A stretch of 27,851 bases of DNA from a virus (Duplodnaviria; Caudoviricetes), in the IMG/VR virus record IMGVR_UViG_3300025277_000118, positions 1-27,851 of that record. One strand, given 5' to 3'. The position numbers and the translations under genes are program-made. The notes under the pieces were generated by a model. The model was not told the origin of the DNA. It was given only the letters and a program-made list of their open reading frames with translations, and searched no databases. The number at the start of each line of letters is the position of its first letter. Within the stretch, counting starts at the first letter, position 1. Positions 26,778-27,851 of this stretch are shown here, in pieces.

Positions 26778-26925
26778 CCTCTTCAGTTTCCTTGGCAAAA
26801 GAAAGTCCTCCGGGTGGATCGGGAATGTTGGCATCTAACACTTGCTGCACCTCTTCGTCTAGTTTGGCGGTGCTTTTAGTGTTTAACACGGTCTTGGCCA
26901 ACTTAATGTTGCGTTTGTTGCTCAT
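26752..26925 (-). CDS. Small protein with acidic tail (57 aa; absent from ORF track)
   Basis: AAGGAG RBS; MSNKRNIKLAKTVLNTKSTAKLDEEVQQVLDANIPDPPGGLSFAKETEEDEDTKEPE; overlaps the sigma start. Confidence 0.65.
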   Translation of the reverse strand: MSNKRNIKLAKTVLNTKSTAKLDEEVQQVLDANIPDPPGGLSFAKETEEDEDTKEPE

Positions 26926-26954
26926 GGGGGCTCCTTGTAGAAATGGTACACTAT

Positions 26955-26971
26955 ATAATATACACTAAAAA
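26955..26971 (-). promoter_or_regulatory. Candidate late promoter (TTTTTAGTGTATATTAT) upstream of sigma/terminase operon
   Basis: Motif copy, with a partial tandem copy (TAGTGTA) 14 bp downstream. Confidence 0.55.
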
Positions 26972-27060
26972 GGCAAGATGCACACCAAATGTTGCTAAAT
27001 AGGGGCTAGTCGGAAGAGAATGGGTAAGACATTCATAGAAAATTGAGTTGATTGCATCTA

Positions 27061-27232
27061 AACCACCCCAGCTTTTCCGACACAAAAGACGGATTTTCAG
27101 ACTGAACGAAAAATAGGGGGGTTGTTGAATGGTACCCCATAACCATGCTCGCGACTAAGGCGAGGCTTGCGGGTTAAACCCTAACAGTCTGGATCGAAGT
27201 CCAACCACTCCGTCAATTCGGAGGGTTGACCA
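27061..27232. other. Cluster of short inverted repeats; candidate structured RNA or DNA element
   Basis: At least six hairpins found by eye in ~170 nt of non-coding sequence. Confidence 0.4.
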
Positions 27233-27238
27233 TCATCA

Positions 27239-27316
27239 TCAGTACTTATATACCAACGACTTAGGGACGCCGGGTGTGCCGCGCCGCACGTAAGTACTTA
27301 CTACATAAGGACTTAC
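27239..27316. repeat. Two imperfect palindromes AGTACTTA-N6-AASGACTTA, 52 bp apart
   Basis: Copies at 27241-27263 and 27293-27315; the second extends to GTAAGT-N15-ACTTAC. Confidence 0.75.
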
Positions 27317-27356
27317 AACTACTTTGGATATCTTTCTATTTCTTTTCGGATTGACA

Positions 27357-27385
27357 TTGACAGGCTCAAGCCTAGTGTCTACAAT
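27357..27385 (+). promoter_or_regulatory. Host sigma-70-type early promoter
   Basis: TTGACA (27357-62), 17-bp spacer, TACAAT (27380-85), about 40 bp upstream of an AAGGA RBS and ATG. Confidence 0.8.
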
Positions 27386-27426
27386 GACGATATAAGAGAT
27401 AGGAACATTACTTAAAGGAAAGAGAC

Positions 27427-27660
27427 ATGAGCAAAGATCTGGGAACCATGAACGGATGGGAAACGATGCCCGCAAAGTATGCCAAGCATACTGAAAATTG
27501 TGGGTGTGAATATAGCCTTAAGGATTACTTTGGTCCTAAGGAATACGCTATAACCAAATCCCGTAAATATAATATGACTATTACACGGCGTGGTAACTGC
27601 TACCATAACTACTATTGCAATGATTGTGGAATTAGCTATAATGTAGATTCATCTGACTGA
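27427..27660 (+). CDS. Small Cys-rich, putative zinc-ribbon protein (77 aa)
   Basis: AAAGGA RBS; C-terminal CYHNYYCNDCGISYNVDSSD. Confidence 0.7.
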   Translation: MSKDLGTMNGWETMPAKYAKHTENCGCEYSLKDYFGPKEYAITKSRKYNMTITRRGNCYHNYYCNDCGISYNVDSSD

Positions 27661-27668
27661 GGAAAATT

Positions 27669-27851
27669 ATGAGAAGATTTCCGGTTACTGAGTTGATGCG
27701 ACTACACAAGGAAAAAAAGATGTACACGGAAAAGATTAGAATTGTGGTTCGGTTTGATGCATCGGAAAACGGGCTTGTGCCGCCTGAACGTGCTGGTAAG
27801 TTTTACGGGATTCATGAGGTGACTACCGATGGATCGTATGATGCTGTTCAA
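27669..27851 (+). CDS. Hypothetical protein, truncated by the window edge
   Basis: GAGGA RBS; MRRFPVTELMRLHKEKKMYTEKIRIVVRFD..., open to the window end. Confidence 0.65.
   Translation, partial: MRRFPVTELMRLHKEKKMYTEKIRIVVRFDASENGLVPPERAGKFYGIHEVTTDGSYDAVQ

Noticed and set aside
97-26968. Other short plus-strand and alternate-frame ORFs in the track (e.g. 97..366, 8894..9301, 10979..11506, 19250..19657, 26765..26968)
   Set aside because: They lie within or largely overlap well-supported minus-strand genes and lack recognisable motifs.
27120-27232. tRNA gene
   Set aside because: No acceptor stem, TTCRA T-loop or cloverleaf spacing found on either strand.
27239-27606. Minus-strand ORFs 27239..27475 and 27412..27606
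   Set aside because: They overlap the promoter, the palindromes and the better-supported plus-strand gene; no RBS or motif.
1-27851. Stop-codon reassignment
   Set aside because: Genes are full length under the standard code, and TAA, TAG and TGA all end genes at tight junctions.

Overview
A 27.9-kb segment of a large tailed dsDNA phage (Caudoviricetes, apparently siphovirus-like: tail tube but no sheath in view), about 40% GC by eye, standard genetic code. Almost all genes lie on the minus strand as a late/virion region. Read right to left: small acidic ORF, sigma-70-family factor apparently lacking a region-4 HTH, putative small terminase, GDP-mannose 4,6-dehydratase (gmd), HNH nuclease, ERCC4-like nuclease, HExxH protein, large terminase, portal, protease/scaffold fusion, decoration protein, major capsid protein, an accessory fibre cassette (2288-aa adhesin-like fibre with a cupredoxin-like insert, LamG protein), neck proteins, major tail protein and two paralogous putative tail chaperones. 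At the right end a ~500-bp divergent control region (hairpin cluster, paired palindromes, near-consensus sigma-70 promoter) leads into small plus-strand genes. The most notable signal is a T-rich-GTGTAT motif in 6 of the 8 intergenic gaps over 40 bp, a candidate -10-only late promoter for the phage sigma factor. All calls come from motif recognition and gene order; no database searches or folding programs were run, and the host cannot be determined.
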